Shown: positions 41,660 through 54,956, numbered from the stretch's first letter. The stretch: DNA of 64,000 bases from Plasmodiophora brassicae (GCA_036867785.1 CP145424.1:496001-560000), one strand, 5' to 3'. Notes: generated by a model not told the origin, from the letters alone. Numbers and translations: made by a program.

Positions 41660-42914
41660 ATGTCCTCGACGTGGCGTCTGATGGCTGTTCTGGCGATGCT
41701 TGCGCTAATGCTGATACCTGGTAGTGCCGCTGACGATCTTAAGCCGACTCGACGCGATGGTCCTGTAACGAGATCAGATGACCATCATCCGATGGCGCTT
41801 TGTAGCAGACACTGCCTTTCGCCAACCTGCCGATATCTTCGCTCCCGCACAGAGGGCCCTCGCGCTGTGTTCGCCGGTAACTCGACTTTCTATCTGAAGG
41901 ATGGCACCAAGGTCGAGTGCGTGAAGTGGAACCACTATTGGGGTCCGGACTCCTGAGAACCCGTTGCACACGATCGGAATAATACATTCACATTCAGAGT
42001 CCGCAGTCGACGAAAGATATTTCGGACGCTAATTGCTAACTGAATCGTATCTACCGGGCGATGACGCGCTTCGTTCGATAGCCCTTCACCGCCGATGCTG
42101 AAACGGCTGCTGTCATCGTCGCGGAAGGTGCCGTACCGTGTCTGCGGCGTCATCCACTGCGTGACCCACCTGCCGCTCGACGGATCCATGGTCTTCGTCA
42201 AGTAAGTCAGGTCGTTCCGACACACGCGACTTTATAACACGGGCGATAGGTGGAAAATCAAGGAGCAGCACCATCTACGAGGCGCCCTTCGGTCAGCAAA
42301 CGGGATGACGCAACCCGCAGTCGTTCGAAGCCACACGGTCACCTGGGAGCACCCCTTCACGGCCGATATCCCTATGCAGCACTTGCCCGAGAACCCAGAC
42401 CACGTCATGACCCTTGTGGTCCACACGGTTCGTGGCTGGACGTCAACCGCAGTTGCCGAACCGTTAACGGGATGCTGCTCAGCTCCGCGGCGGGACGACC
42501 ATCGAGCAAATAGGCTCGATCGAGATTGATCTACCCGCTAAGCAGAAGGACGCGTCCACGGTCACGTATCTTCTGAGGAATTCAAGAACGAACGCCGTCC
42601 TGCATCTAACGTTGGCGTTGGACCCTTTGGTCGCCACCGCGCCAGCCGAGGCGGTGACGCGCCCAACGAAACAACGCCCGCGTTTGTATAACGACCTTGA
42701 CGACGATACCAACATGACGTGGCCGTTGACGATCCCATCGAGCGCGACCAAGGCAGCGGGCACGTCAACGACGCCCAGGTCTGTGTCGAAGAAGGCCCAT
42801 CGTCGCAAGTTGCTGTCGGTGGGCAATGACCAGATGGCCATTGCGTCCGATGCCGACCTCGTCGACGCCGTCTTCAACAGTGTTGGCGATGCGCAGCATC
42901 CCCCGAATCAATAA
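41660..42914 (+). CDS. secreted protein, unknown function, multi-exon
   Basis: Signal peptide MSSTWRLMAVLAMLALMLIPGSAA; successive + strand exons ending HPPNQ*. Confidence 0.6.
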
Positions 42915-42929
42915 TATGATGCCCGTCTA

Positions 42930-44587
42930 TTAGTTCATCTCGTCGATCGCTTGCGCTGTCGCGCTGTCCATCGTCATCGTATGGCGAAGGTCGGCATACT
43001 GCTTCGTCTGGTTGAACCTGGCGAGAACGTCGGCGCGCATGACCCTGAACACCTTGAGCAGGCAGGTCAGGTTACTGCTAACGGATCCGGCGGCGGCACT
43101 CGACGAACCTCTTCTTGGCAGGCATCGAACACTGTGAACAGTTGCTTGTACACCTTCCAGGCCTCAGGGCCGACCTTACACTCAATGACAGAGTTCCTTG
43201 GGCGATTCGTCATGATCTCCGTCCCAGCGACGTTAACGGTCGTCCCGTCAGCTGGGGTTGCCAGGTGCTCTGGAATACTGTCGAACGCGCCTATACGATG
43301 ATTGGTGGCCTGGCGGTCTTTGAGGCTTCGTCGTAGCCGGCTGTCCGGCAGTCGGTTCTTCACTCTGTCGAGCTCGTTGAGGACAAGCTTGCGGGCCGCT
43401 GAACTGACATTGATCTCCTTCGGCGACTCGTCCATCAGGTACATATCGCAGATCTCTATCATTATCTGCAGTATTCGAACATCCGGTTTCTGGACGGCCG
43501 GGCCTTTCACCATCAGCGTGTATATCGCGTTCTTGTACTTGTCTACATCCTGCTTGACTGGTCAGTAACACGGCACCCCCAAACCGCGCCTAAAATGAAC
43601 CTTCCAGAACAGCGCGCCTTCTTCGCAGTGCCAATCCCGACAGAACGAGGCGAATACGTTGAACGACGCCGGGTTGCTGAGAATGACCCGCAGTTCCTTA
43701 GTGAGGTCGTCCGAGGAATTCTCATCGGTGTCCTGTGGCGGTTGCGGTTTCTGTTTGTAGATGATGCAGACCAGCATCAGGATGCCCGTCAAGGTGCATT
43801 CGGTGAAATGTGAATAAGGAACACTCTGCAGGATGAAGAAAACCGGCTGCTTGACTGCGAGAAGGAGAAACGCAACGAATTCAAAGCAGTGGTACGAGAG
43901 GGCCGTTCGAATCATGACGGAGTAATCCCATGTGCCTTTCTGCACCTTAATGGATAGGGTGACCGCCCAGACCTTCAGAGCGAACACCAATAGGTAGATG
44001 ACGGTATCCTGAAAGCCATCCAGGGACACGCCAACGTCCTGGTCGATGAACAAAGCGATGGAATACCACATCGTGTACGTGCCCATGACGCTCAGAATGG
44101 CGATGCCAGCTAGGACTATGGCGATTCGCGCCTGAATACCAACCATGATGCCCAGGATACGGAACGCGAATGCAAGCGCTTGTGCCTGATCGATCAGATG
44201 GAGCAGATTGTCTGATGCGGCGTCGTTGTCCCGGACGGTCATGACCATGATACTGATGACAGCGCCCAATACCGACCAAGCGACCATCAACGCGTACAGA
44301 AGGGCGACGGCTGAGGAACGTCGGAAGAAGCGATCGAAACAGGATATCCGCATGCCGGCAGAGCCTTCGTCGCTCTCTACGGAGCGAACGTCTTTGGACT
44401 TCGGGTCGTCGTCCGCCGGTTCATGCCGGGTCGGCCGGACGCCTCGAACGGTCGGTAGGCGACCCGACATTCTGGACTTCTTTACATGCACGCGACTGGG
44501 CCTGTGCTGCCTCCAGACGGCAACGGGGAACGCGATGAACAGCACGCTGATCAGGGTGCAGAATACGACGGGACCCGGCGTAGCCAT
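42930..44587 (-). CDS. multi-pass (about 7 TM) protein with C-terminal RGS domain
   Basis: About 7 hydrophobic segments, then LRVILSNPASFNVFASFCRDWHCEEGALFWK|DVDKYK..ICDMYLMDESPKEINVS..VFDACQEEV..MRADVLARF. Confidence 0.88.
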
Positions 44588-44699
44588 TGATGACGGAGCA
44601 CATATAGATTTCAAGCGATCGTCGGATAGGGTACCATCGTAAATGGATCGTACTTAAAAGGCCCCACATCTACAGGTCCTTAACTCAAAATGACGTCAT

Positions 44700-47600
44700 C
44701 TATTCTGAGACCAGTTGAAAGGTTGGCCGTCGGGGGCACCCGCGAGGCAAACCTCCAGTGCCGGGACGATATGACTTAGTGGGGCTTGTCAGACCCAGTG
44801 CGCGGCGTCATGCATTCTTCCTCTGCTTCCTCCCTGGTCGACGCGTCAGGTCCTGACGCCGGGGCACCGATGCGAGGTGATACCTGTTGAACTCGGCTTC
44901 CATCGCATGCATAGCCGCCATCCGGACCGGCAGCGACAGCTTCTCGCAGCGCGTCACGTCGTACAACGTGTCGAGGCCGGCGGCCCGGATCTCCTCGATC
45001 TCGCCCGGCCGCACGCCGTGCTCGAGCAGGGCGTCCCACTTGCCGGTCCCCGCCGTCGACTGCAGCCGGGCACGACGACCCAGGCGCACCAGCAATGCTG
45101 CCCGCATCCCACAATGGACAACGCGCCCCCCACAACCGCGACAGGTGACGAACGCCGCTCTCGGACGCGGTCAAAATTATTGGCCGCCCCCGTCCCTCCG
45201 CATCAGTATGTCGGTAGGGGTAACGCAATTCGCCACTGAGTCCCTTGACTTGTACATCTGCCTGGTGCACCTGTGTTGCCGCATGGGAGATGTGGGCGCC
45301 ATTTCGTTGCCGCGCATCGTCATGGATCCCTTCTCGGATGGAATGATGTGTACAGTCGCACGTCTCAAGGTAGAGTTATCCAGGCAGACAAAGCATGCAT
45401 ACTCTTTATTTAATCCTGGTCCTTACTCAGGTGCTGGCGAAAGGGTTTCCACCCAGAAACTGGCGACCATGTGCGATCGTGACGTCTTTCTTGACGCTGC
45501 CGTTGCCATGGGCGTCAAGTTCGTGGTGCATGGCGGCTCAGGTCAAACTCTTCTTCAAGGAGAGGCGAACGCCGCTAGTCATGTAACGGGCCAGCTGAAG
45601 AAGGTTGGGGTCATGGCGCCCGAGTTCGGCGACCACCTCGACTGCTTGCCACTGGTCTCGCCAGACAACCGGAAATCCCACCTTTCAAGAAAGTCGGCTG
45701 TCGCCGCTGACCTGTACGACCCGTGTGTCGCCTGACTTCGGGACTCCATGCCCGGCAAGGGCACAGTTGGCCTGATAATCCATATCCGGACAGTAACCCT
45801 TTCGGTAGTGCTTCTGTTTCGTGTCAGGTTCCGACCAGTTTCCCCGTTGATTCTGGGCGGCTTCAAGACACGCCGGCGGCATCCATGTCTGCGACAGTCG
45901 ACTTCCTTGAAAGGTGGGATTTCCGGTTGTCTGGCGGGACCAGTGGCAAGCAGTCGAGGTGGTCGCCGAACTCGGGCGTCATGACCCCAACCTTCTTCAG
46001 CTGGCCCGTTACATGACTAGCGGCGTTCGCCTTTCCTTGAAGAAGAGTTTGAACACAGCCGCCATGCACCAGGACCTTGACGCCCATGGCAACGGCAGCG
46101 TCAAGAAAGACGTCACGATCGCACATGGTCGCCAGTTTCTGGGTGGAAACCCTTTCGCCAGCACCTGAGTAAGGACCAGGATTAAATAAAGAGTATGCAT
46201 GCTTTGTCTGCCTGGATAACTCTACCTTGAGACGTGCGACTGTACACATCATTCCATCCGAGAAGGGATCCATGTGCGGCAACGACATGGCGCCGACATC
46301 TCCCATGCGGCAACACAGGTGCCTGGCGATCACCAGGCAGACGCAAAAGTCAATGGACTCAGGCGTATTCATTCTGGGCAGAATCCGGTCTTAGCAGATT
46401 CCCCAACTGCATAATTCACAAGCCTTACGTCAGCATTGCTTTGGCCAGCCGATCATACTCTTCTCGCGATATGAATTCGGCGGGGTTCGTCAGCTTACCT
46501 GTCAGGTGAAGTCATCACCTGCACCAGCTATCCAACAATGCATGGACGTACACCCCATTGCGATCTTTCGGTCCACGATGACCTTCTGGATTCGCCTAGT
46601 GACCTTCTTTTTCGACGCATCGGAACACATGGTATCGGGGTCACATCCGAAGAAATCGCAGCGTAGAACAGCTCGCGCGCCCTGGAAATACTGTGACACC
46701 GCGCTGAACGACTTCAGGGAGTCCTTGCCGAGGAGATACTCGACGAATCCTCCAGTCAGGTTCTCATCGAAGACGTCCTGGCCGGCACCCTCGGCGATGC
46801 AGCGTCGCAGTCCATTCTCGTTGTTAAACTCGACCCGCCTGCAGCTTTCTGCCCTCGCAGGTACTCCCATAAGTACTTCATCCCCAGTTCTTCTTGCCTT
46901 TGGGCGCTGATCGACATACGCGTCCCGGTGAACGCATTGATCTAGCAGTGACACGTTGATGGGTGACGTTATGGAGCGTTGGCAATGGACTGTACGTTTT
47001 CCATGTCGCTGTGGGCACGCTCCGATGCTTGTGGCCGTTCAGGCGCTATGTCGTCGTGGCGCGGGTGTTGCTGCCCTGTGACAGCCCTGTGGTCGCGCAG
47101 GTGACGCCTTGCCACCCTGTCACTGCAATTCCGTCGGGCAGGGGCTGCTGCCGTTTCGATGGTGCTTTCGTGTGACTGCATACAACCCTCAAGACGGGGC
47201 GGTTGGGGCGCTTGACCGATTATTGTGAATACCCAGCACGTTCGAGACACTGTATTTTCGATAGGCACGGGCAGAGCAGGGGAGAGGGAGGTTGCGGTCT
47301 CTATTCTTCCATCAGCGCAGACGACGATACATCTGCGAGTCGTTGCCCAGGTTCCATTTAAGTTGCAACTCTCTTTCAGAATCAATCCAAGCACGGTGTC
47401 AATATAAGTGGGGCCCCAGTCGACCAGTGCGTACCGAAGATACTCCTCTTCCACAATTGCAATCATCCGCTTTCGCTTCTCGGAGCGCTTCTTGCCCCGG
47501 CCGCTGGACTTGAAGTTGTCGGTTTCGGCGCCAGTCGGTGTTGACCTGTCCCCGTAGATTAAGCCGCCCACGCGCTTCCTCGACCGATGACGTCGCCCTC

Positions 47601-48330
47601 GTCTCACCATAATCGCGAACCGTTGCTTCGCCACCCGATTGGCCGCCGACAGTGCCGTCATCGTGGCCCGCCACGTCACCGCCCATCTCCAGCAACAGTA
47701 CTTGGGAGTCCTCCATGTGACCACGATGCAAGCAGTTTGTCGTCTCGCAACAAAGTACACTCGAAAGCCAGGTCTTCACCCGCCCACGCGCACCGAAGCC
47801 TCTTTCCACAGCGGTACTTGCAGGAATGCTTATCCCCCATGCCGATATCGCTTACGCCTGTCGCGCCTAGGCCTGACGGCGGCACGACCTTCACCCTCTG
47901 GTACATTAGGCGAATCGCATGAGATGATGCATACGTCCAGGGTCCAGAGCAGCATCCAGCACCGGCTTCTGAACTCATCGTCGGCGAGCGTGTAGAGTCC
48001 TCGTTCCGCAAGGGAGACAGCGACAGCGCCAATTCGAGAACGGGTCGTTCAGTGACCTGCGGGAAAGCAACCGTGGGTGATATCGTATGCAAACATAATT
48101 ATTATGTCGTGTCACGGGAGAGTGACTCGGAAACGTCGGTTCGTGCCGCTGGGTTCCTGAAACTTGATGTGACGGGTACGGGTCGCACAGGAAACTGCTC
48201 GTTGACATCAGCGGCTGGATTGATGGTTAAAGTCCAATCGAGAGACGGACGCATGTCAGAGGGCACAGGAGGCGCACAAACATAGAACCAACCCTCACTT
48301 TAGGCACATGTGACTATTTCGGGGTAATTT
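44700..48330 (-). mobile_element. degenerate transposon-like region, possibly a tyrosine-recombinase (Crypton-like) relic; boundaries approximate
   Basis: Broken minus-strand ORFs without a clear gene model; LCCRMGDVGAMSLPHM..LKVELSRQTKH..RDVFLDAAVAMGV loosely resembles YR box I plus the K and CPV regions. Confidence 0.4.
45236..46362. repeat. long inverted repeat (arms ~45236-45704 and ~45891-46362, spacer ~186 nt)
   Basis: ORFs 44887-45735(+) and 45863-46372(-) encode near-identical peptides (MDPFSDGMMCTVARLKVELSRQTKH...NRKSHLSRKS). Confidence 0.96.
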
Positions 48331-48505
48331 CGGTATTAGGACACCCACTTTAAGCAACGACCTCCCTCGTACAAATATATGTGCTTAAACCGAGGCACGG
48401 ACCCAGTCTGAAGTTCGAAGCACCCAGTTAAAGAAGGGGTGGCCTGGTCGGTGGAATCATCCTCGTCCGCCGGTGATCGGAGGAGCGGCCTGACTGACGG
48501 CTGCC

Positions 48506-49475
48506 ATGCGGCATGTGGCGTCCGGCGAGGAGAGTCGCCTGCATAACCAGATTGCCGAGCTGGAACGAAAGGCGACCCAGCTCCAATCCGCGTTACGCCA
48601 CCCTCCCAAGGTAATGGCAAGCACCACTACCTGGAGAACGACTAACGACAGCGTGTTGAGTGCAGGACGCGGCGACGTATTCGATGATGAGGGTCCTGGC
48701 TGAACGTGATATTCCATTGACGCTGTTGCAGACGAAGTACCGCCTGCAGCAGATCGCCGTGCGACGGGCGCGGCACACCGGCGAAGAGAACTCAAGCCAG
48801 GCGTCGAACGTCGACGTCGTCAAGATCGATGCCAGCACATGTCACCCACCTGCGGAAGAACCGCCCAAGATGACGAGCCGACGCTCACATCGGCGACTCC
48901 GGCCCTTTGCCGCCGATGCTTCCAACGACTGTCCACCCCCAGCAGCCGCCCGACCTGGCGGTCAGACCATCGTCAAGAGCGACGTCGACGTGGTTCGCAC
49001 GGTCTTCCAGGACCGACATGACAGGGTTGGGGGTCCGGACGAAGAGAACTTCCGGTCAGCAGGGAACGCCCGTGCACCAGGCAAACAATCGGCCAAGTCA
49101 CCGATCGAACCTATTGCCAACCCACGGCAGGACGTTGATCATGACGACGACGACGACGACGACGACGAATCCCCCACGCGCCTGGAGGGATCCGCATCGC
49201 CGGCCAGGCACAGGCGCCGGTCGAACTCTATCGTGACAAGTATCGACTTGACCGGGGTGGAGGGCGGCGGCACGAACATCCCTACTAGGTCGTCCTGCGC
49301 GCACTGTGGGATGCAATGTGCCGATGACGACGATCTCGATCAGCATGTTCGGTTCTGGCACCTTGCGCAACCAGCCGGGCGATCGACGCCCGGCTGCCAA
49401 CGCAAACTACGTTTGCAGGCCATGTACCTGCAGGCCGTCCAGCAACACGCGTTACGCGCCCGACAGCCACCTTAA
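48506..49475 (+). CDS. coiled-coil protein with a single C2H2 zinc finger
   Basis: LHNQIAELERKATQLQ; intron ~48611-48665; CAHCGMQCADDDDLDQHVRFWH. Confidence 0.65.
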
Positions 49476-49779
49476 CACCACGTCACTACTATATACACAG
49501 TTGGTCTTATGCATGAGTTGCCCCATGCTGCAATGTGTACGCGATGCAGGTCAGGGTGCTGGGACGACACCTTTGCATTAACGCGGGCTGTCATGCGTAT
49601 CGGAGCCTGGGGTTCCAGGCGTCGGTAATACGACGCCTGGGTGTCCTGTCTAGTACACGTTCGGTGCATTGGGCGCCGCCCATTGGTCTGCCGCGCCGAG
49701 TGTAACCGGGAAATGCCGACGGCGCGCTTGCTGCGGCCTACAAGTGGCAACGTTGCGCTGCGGTGGGGCGGCGGCGATC

Positions 49780-51376
49780 ATGAACCGTCATCTACTGTAG
49801 GAGCGGCGGTCAGGGTTCCAGTCAAATCTCATGTGTGTGTGGCGGTGCAGGAACCCGTTCGACAGGGACTACCCGGAGGTCGTCGACGGGGCGCTGTCGC
49901 TGGGCGCGCCGGACCACCCGGACGAGGTCACGTGCATCGCGTTCAACCTGTGGGGGACGCTGCTGGCCGGCGGGACGCGGCATGGCGCGTGCCTGATCTG
50001 GGATTTCGAGACGCGCGGTATCGCCCGGCGATTGCGACGACTGGACCCGCAGGGCAAACCGTACGACAGCGCCGCCGTGTCATCCGTCGCCTGGTCCCGC
50101 GATGGTACCCTCGTCCTGGTCGGGTCATCGGCCGGCTACGTTATCCAGTGGGACGTCCTTCGGAAATCGTCCACGTTCGTCACCGACTTTGACGCCGACG
50201 TCATCTCTGCTGCTCAGCATCCGTCGAAGTACACTGTGTCAGTACGCGAACGGAAGGCCACTCAGTTGCCAGCTGGTACCTGTTAACTATGAACAGGTAC
50301 GCGGTATGCTTCAGCTCAGGTGATGCTGTCGTTATCGATCACGTCCACATGCGGAGGCGGGCGATCCCGCCCCCCTCCCGAGAATCGTCCCGAGGGACCT
50401 GCGTACAGTTCACCAACGATGGATCAGCGGTGTTCGTTGGTACATTTGCCAGCGCCGTTCACGTCCAGCAACGACGACCTCACCGGGTGCGTTGGCAGGG
50501 TGGTCCCGTGGATCGATTACGCTGCATGATTCGGCGACGCTCGTGATCCTAGCAAGCGCCGACTTTGCCGGGTATACTGCGACGTCCTTGGATGCATGGC
50601 GCGTAACTGCCTCGTTGTCATGTATGCAGGCATTCGCCGGTTACGTCGATCTCGATCAGTTACGAAGGAGACGCTGTCTTGGTTAACACGGCTGATCGCG
50701 TAAGGCTCTGCTCCGCAACGTCGCTGCGTGTCGAGGTCGGGCGGCTCGTGGGCTGTCCAACACAATACCGCTGCTGTCCTGATCATACGTTTCAGCGCGA
50801 GTTTGTGGATGCTGTCAACCGGGTACCGTTTCGCGTGTCGTGCTTCTCGGGCAACGGCGACTATATCGCAGCGGGGCCGTCCCGGAAGAGTGCCCCGCAC
50901 AGCATTTATATCTGGAACCGACTGGATGGGTCGTTGCTGGCACTACTGGATGGCCCGCTGCGGGGGATCATCGCGATCCAGTGGCACTCGCACAAGCCGG
51001 TCATTGTCGCTGTCATGTCCACTGGTGAACCTGTGGTTTGGTCAAAGAACGTTAGCGAAAACTGGCAGGCGTTCGTACCTACTTTGGATGTCGTCAAACG
51101 ATGGTGGTTACTAACGCGACGTGTATGGATCAGGTTTGCTCCTGATTTTGTCGAACTCGAGGAGAACGTCGTGTTTGATGAGAGCCAGCTGGACGACATG
51201 CCCGTCGTTGCACCCAACGTCGTTGTTTCCCACTGGAACAGGCGCACGCCGGTTTCGTCTGACCTGTCCCACAGGCAATGGAAGAGGCTGTTGACATTCT
51301 AACGATCTCTGCCGCCTTCGACGACACCGCGGACGGCCTTCGCCACCTGCCCATCTCGCCGCTGGACGTCGATTAA
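49780..51376 (+). CDS. RBBP5: RBBP5/Swd1 WD40 subunit of COMPASS
   Basis: MNRHLL|NPF.RDYPE, FNLWGTLLAGG..IWDFETRGIAR, FVDAVNR..FSGNGDYI, HSIYIW, ENWQAF|APDFVELEENV. Confidence 0.93.
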
Positions 51377-51525
51377 TGGTATAAAGGTACTTTATCGTAT
51401 TCACAGGTTATTGTCGTGAGATGCGTTTGCGCCCTGGCAAAGCTGTCGATGTGGGTTGGCCCTGTCGTTAGCCCATGCCGCGCTACTAAGGCTTTGGTTT
51501 GCGAGGCGGCCGTGCTGTGGCCCTG

Positions 51526-53104
51526 CTACATCGCAATGCTGATCGCCTTATGGTCGGACGCCACCATACTGGGCGCTGGCGCGACCTTGACAGCGTCCTT
51601 GGGTCTATCATCGCTCGTCGACGACGCGCGCACGCAAGATCGTGGCATGAACGCCTGGCTGACGACGTGGACGATGCTGGAACGCGTGCGGAAAGCGCTG
51701 ATGAACGTAGAGCACTGGATGGCGTTCAGCGTGATCGCCAGCGTGTACAGCAGGATATAGTACGATACGCTTCGCATGTTCAGGATGGTGAACACGACCT
51801 GGGACACGAGGACGACGATGCCGATCGCGCCGGAGATGGCCACACGTCTTGCGAATTGTAGGCTGCGGGTCCGTTCCCGCGTCGAGATCGTCGTGTTCCT
51901 CAACAGTTCCGTCGACACCATGCTCCCGTACCTCATGAACAGGACCGAGACGGGGATGTTCATCAGGAAATAGAACAGCTGCACGAAATTGCCCTGTCAG
52001 CAACGTCGTCGTCCACCGACGAAGTGTTAACGAGTCTCCCACCGAGAAGTACGTGCTGCTGAAGTATTCTTGCCAGGTCAGGGCGGCCGTGAAGGTTGCG
52101 ATCACGTCGACGGTGAAGACGGTGCCGACAACGCAGAGCAGGAGGCGCATTGCGACCTGGTGCCGCGTGCTCACCGTCTTGCCCTGCATCAGGTGGTCGT
52201 GCATCGCCATCCCTATGGCGGCCGTACTAGCGAACGTGACGGGGATGAATGAGGTCAGCAGAATTCGGTAGAGGGGTCTCGAGAAGGCCTGCAGGCTGTA
52301 GAACGCCGCGTCGGTCAGCCACAGCGTGCGGATCGTGGACGACACCAGCACCGTCGTGAACACGATCGCGGGATACAGCGGCACGGCGCGTACCTTGCCT
52401 TGTCGGTCTGCACGGCAGCCAGCGAGATCAGGGCGCGGCTGGAACCAATCGCGTGCATGCTGCGCCGCCTAACCGATGGCAAACGCGGCCAGCTTGTAGG
52501 CGGACGCGGCCATGTTCACCACGTTGATCAACCAGGCAATGGCTAGGGCGGCGATGGCTGCTGGATTTGCGAACATTGCCGACGCGGACGTCCCTTCCAG
52601 TATGTCGCTTGCGTCCACGACCGCGGTAATCGGGCCGGAACGATGACGACGAACAACGTCGTTCATCGACGTCAAGGCGTCCAGCCCGTCCAGGATGACG
52701 ATCGGCAATGTCGATCGCTGCTCCCGGGGGCTGGCGGTCTTGTCCGACTCGACCCAGGCATACAAGCTGGCAATGGGCGCCCAATTCGTCGTCACCATCG
52801 CCATGCCGAGGCACCCGCGGGACTGACAGGCGCTGGCCCAGGCGAACGTGTTGGAGTAGGCGTCGTAGTCGACGACAATGACCGTCCCCGACACCTCGCT
52901 GCCGAGCGATGCCGGGTCCGACCCATCGACGAAATGCAGAGGTGCGGTAATCGAGAAGCTCGTGTTGGCGTGACGGTAGGTTGCCGTCTTCATGGCGACC
53001 GTGACGGCAGAGTTGTTGGCAACGAATGTCGCGTACAGCGCCCCTCGTGAGGTGCCGAGGCCCAGCGCGACGCAAACGCCCAGCAGTACCTTTACTTTCG
53101 TCAT
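51526..53104 (-). CDS. signal peptide, PA-like ectodomain and about 7 TM (GPCR-like) protein
   Basis: MTKVKVLLGVCVALGLGTSRG; ectodomain with ..ACQSRGCLGMAMV..LPIVIL; seven hydrophobic segments across three exons. Confidence 0.65.
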
Positions 53105-53504
53105 CGCGCTGACGTGCAGGTGGTATACCCGACTGACCCGACGTGATCCACTACTTTAACCGCTCAACTGCCGGCACCGATCTCGGCTGGCTGGCTGTCA
53201 CATGTACCTGGTCACAGACGCCCGTTGCGGCAACGCGCGCCATATCATCCATTCAGCACTGGCCGAAGGTCGGGCCCTCGCTGCGCCCCCGTCATGGCGA
53301 AGCGGGGACCAACAACCGTGACGGCAGTGCAGCCGGGGCTGCTGCTGGCCGTTGGTGTGGCGCCCGTACATACAGCGACTGATCACTCATATCCGGGATG
53401 CCGATGAGACGACGTGTGCTGTTCTCGAATACGATCACGCTGAAGGGCTTCGCCACCTGCCCGCCGCATCGCAGAACGTCGACTAATGAAGTGTCTTACT
53501 TTAC

Positions 53505-54726
53505 CTATGACAATTCCTGTTTGTGTGCCGGTTGCTGTTGGTAGATGTTCTGTGCCCTGGCGAATCTGTCGATGGTCTCTGCTAGGTCTGGGTTGCGTTC
53601 CCAGAACGCCTTTGTCGTTGACCGTCTCATTCGGAAGCACACCAGGGCACTCACAGCCAGCATCAGGATGATCACGGGAATGGCAACGTACGAAACGAGA
53701 GTGGGACTGCGTGCTTGTACATGGAACGACGTGGGCGCCTGAGTACTCGCTTGCGCGGCGGAAGGCTTATGTCTCAATCGATCCCACAACGGGTACGCTG
53801 CGCCCAAAGCAAGGGTTCCGTACAGAAGAGCCTTGGTCAATGGTAGAGACCGCTTTGAAGTCGTTGCCGTTGGCCGCACTTTGCGTCGCGCCATCGTCTC
53901 ACGAGCCCCAGCTAAGACGGCCACACCAATGCACACTCCCGTGACAAAGTTCGGAAGTACACCTGTGCTCGGATCGTAAGGCTGGCCGTTGACCGTGATG
54001 GCAAGATCATGGCCTCGTTGCGCCTTCCGCAGCTGGACCAAGCCGCGTGGGGGACGGTGTGCCGAGTTTAACGTCGCGCCAATGAACTGAATTGCCTGGA
54101 TGTCTGGAAGCTTGCCGAACACAACGCACTCGAACGGCCTCTTCGCATGATCGCTAACGTAAATGGTGAGTCTGCGCAGCGTTCGAAACCCATCGAAGAC
54201 GAGCATCGGGTCTTTGCTGGTAGGTAGGACGGCAACGATGTCCTCGATGTGCGAATCAGACAATGATCCGCTAGCCTTCAGGTTCGCCGACAGCCTGACC
54301 GAGCCCGATGATCAGCATGTGCCCGAATAGGATGTCGTACCCGGTCTGCGGTTACCTGAGTCGTCGTAGATTTGGCATGGCGTTCAGCGCTTCGTACGTG
54401 ACTGCGGGAGCCGATATATTGAGATCTTGAATGCTACCAGGGAATGCGTCAGAGCAGCGAATGCAGACAAGGTGTGAACCGGATACGACGAACTTGTTCC
54501 CTTGGCAGTGGCGCAGCAGCCGGCCATCGAATGAAAGGTCGGGCGGCAGGACAGCTTGGACGGCCAGCGGAACAGCGGCGGATTCGCTCGACGACGGGCC
54601 GGGAAATGGCACTGCTGTGACGTAGCGGTGGAGCGCGCCCGTCCAGAGCATGCAACGGGGTGGGTGTGGCGTCCAGGCGTACGTCAGTGAAGCCAGCGCA
54701 ACCGCGACCACGACGCTCGGACCCAT
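53505..54726 (-). CDS. signal-peptide membrane protein with LRR-like ectodomain
   Basis: MGPSVVVAVALASLTYA; IQDLNIS..LNAMPNLRRL, FRTLRRLTI, LPDIQAIQF; C-terminal TM segments. Confidence 0.6.
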
Positions 54727-54956
54727 GGCCGTGACGTGCTGACGCTAGTCTTGCTTCAAAGGCCTGGCGCACTTCCCGACTATTAATATCGGCGCCCCGT
54801 CCTTCTGACGGTATCAGAAGTGCTGCAGAGCGACCCAGTGCGTCCCAAAAATAACTGTCGTCAGCGCGCTGCTGCCATGTCATCAGCGGCATCGCGGAGG
54901 ACGACGACGTCGAGTGCGCAGGTGAATATTTTATGATAACGTAGAGCGAGAACGTC

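Noticed and set aside
44640-48360. Possible terminal inverted repeats between the AT-richer patches at ~44650 and ~48340
   Set aside because: Only scattered short matches; no convincing TIR or TSD
49143-49167. (GAC)n tracts here and at ~6274 and ~60925
   Set aside because: Coding poly-Asp microsatellites, not arrays
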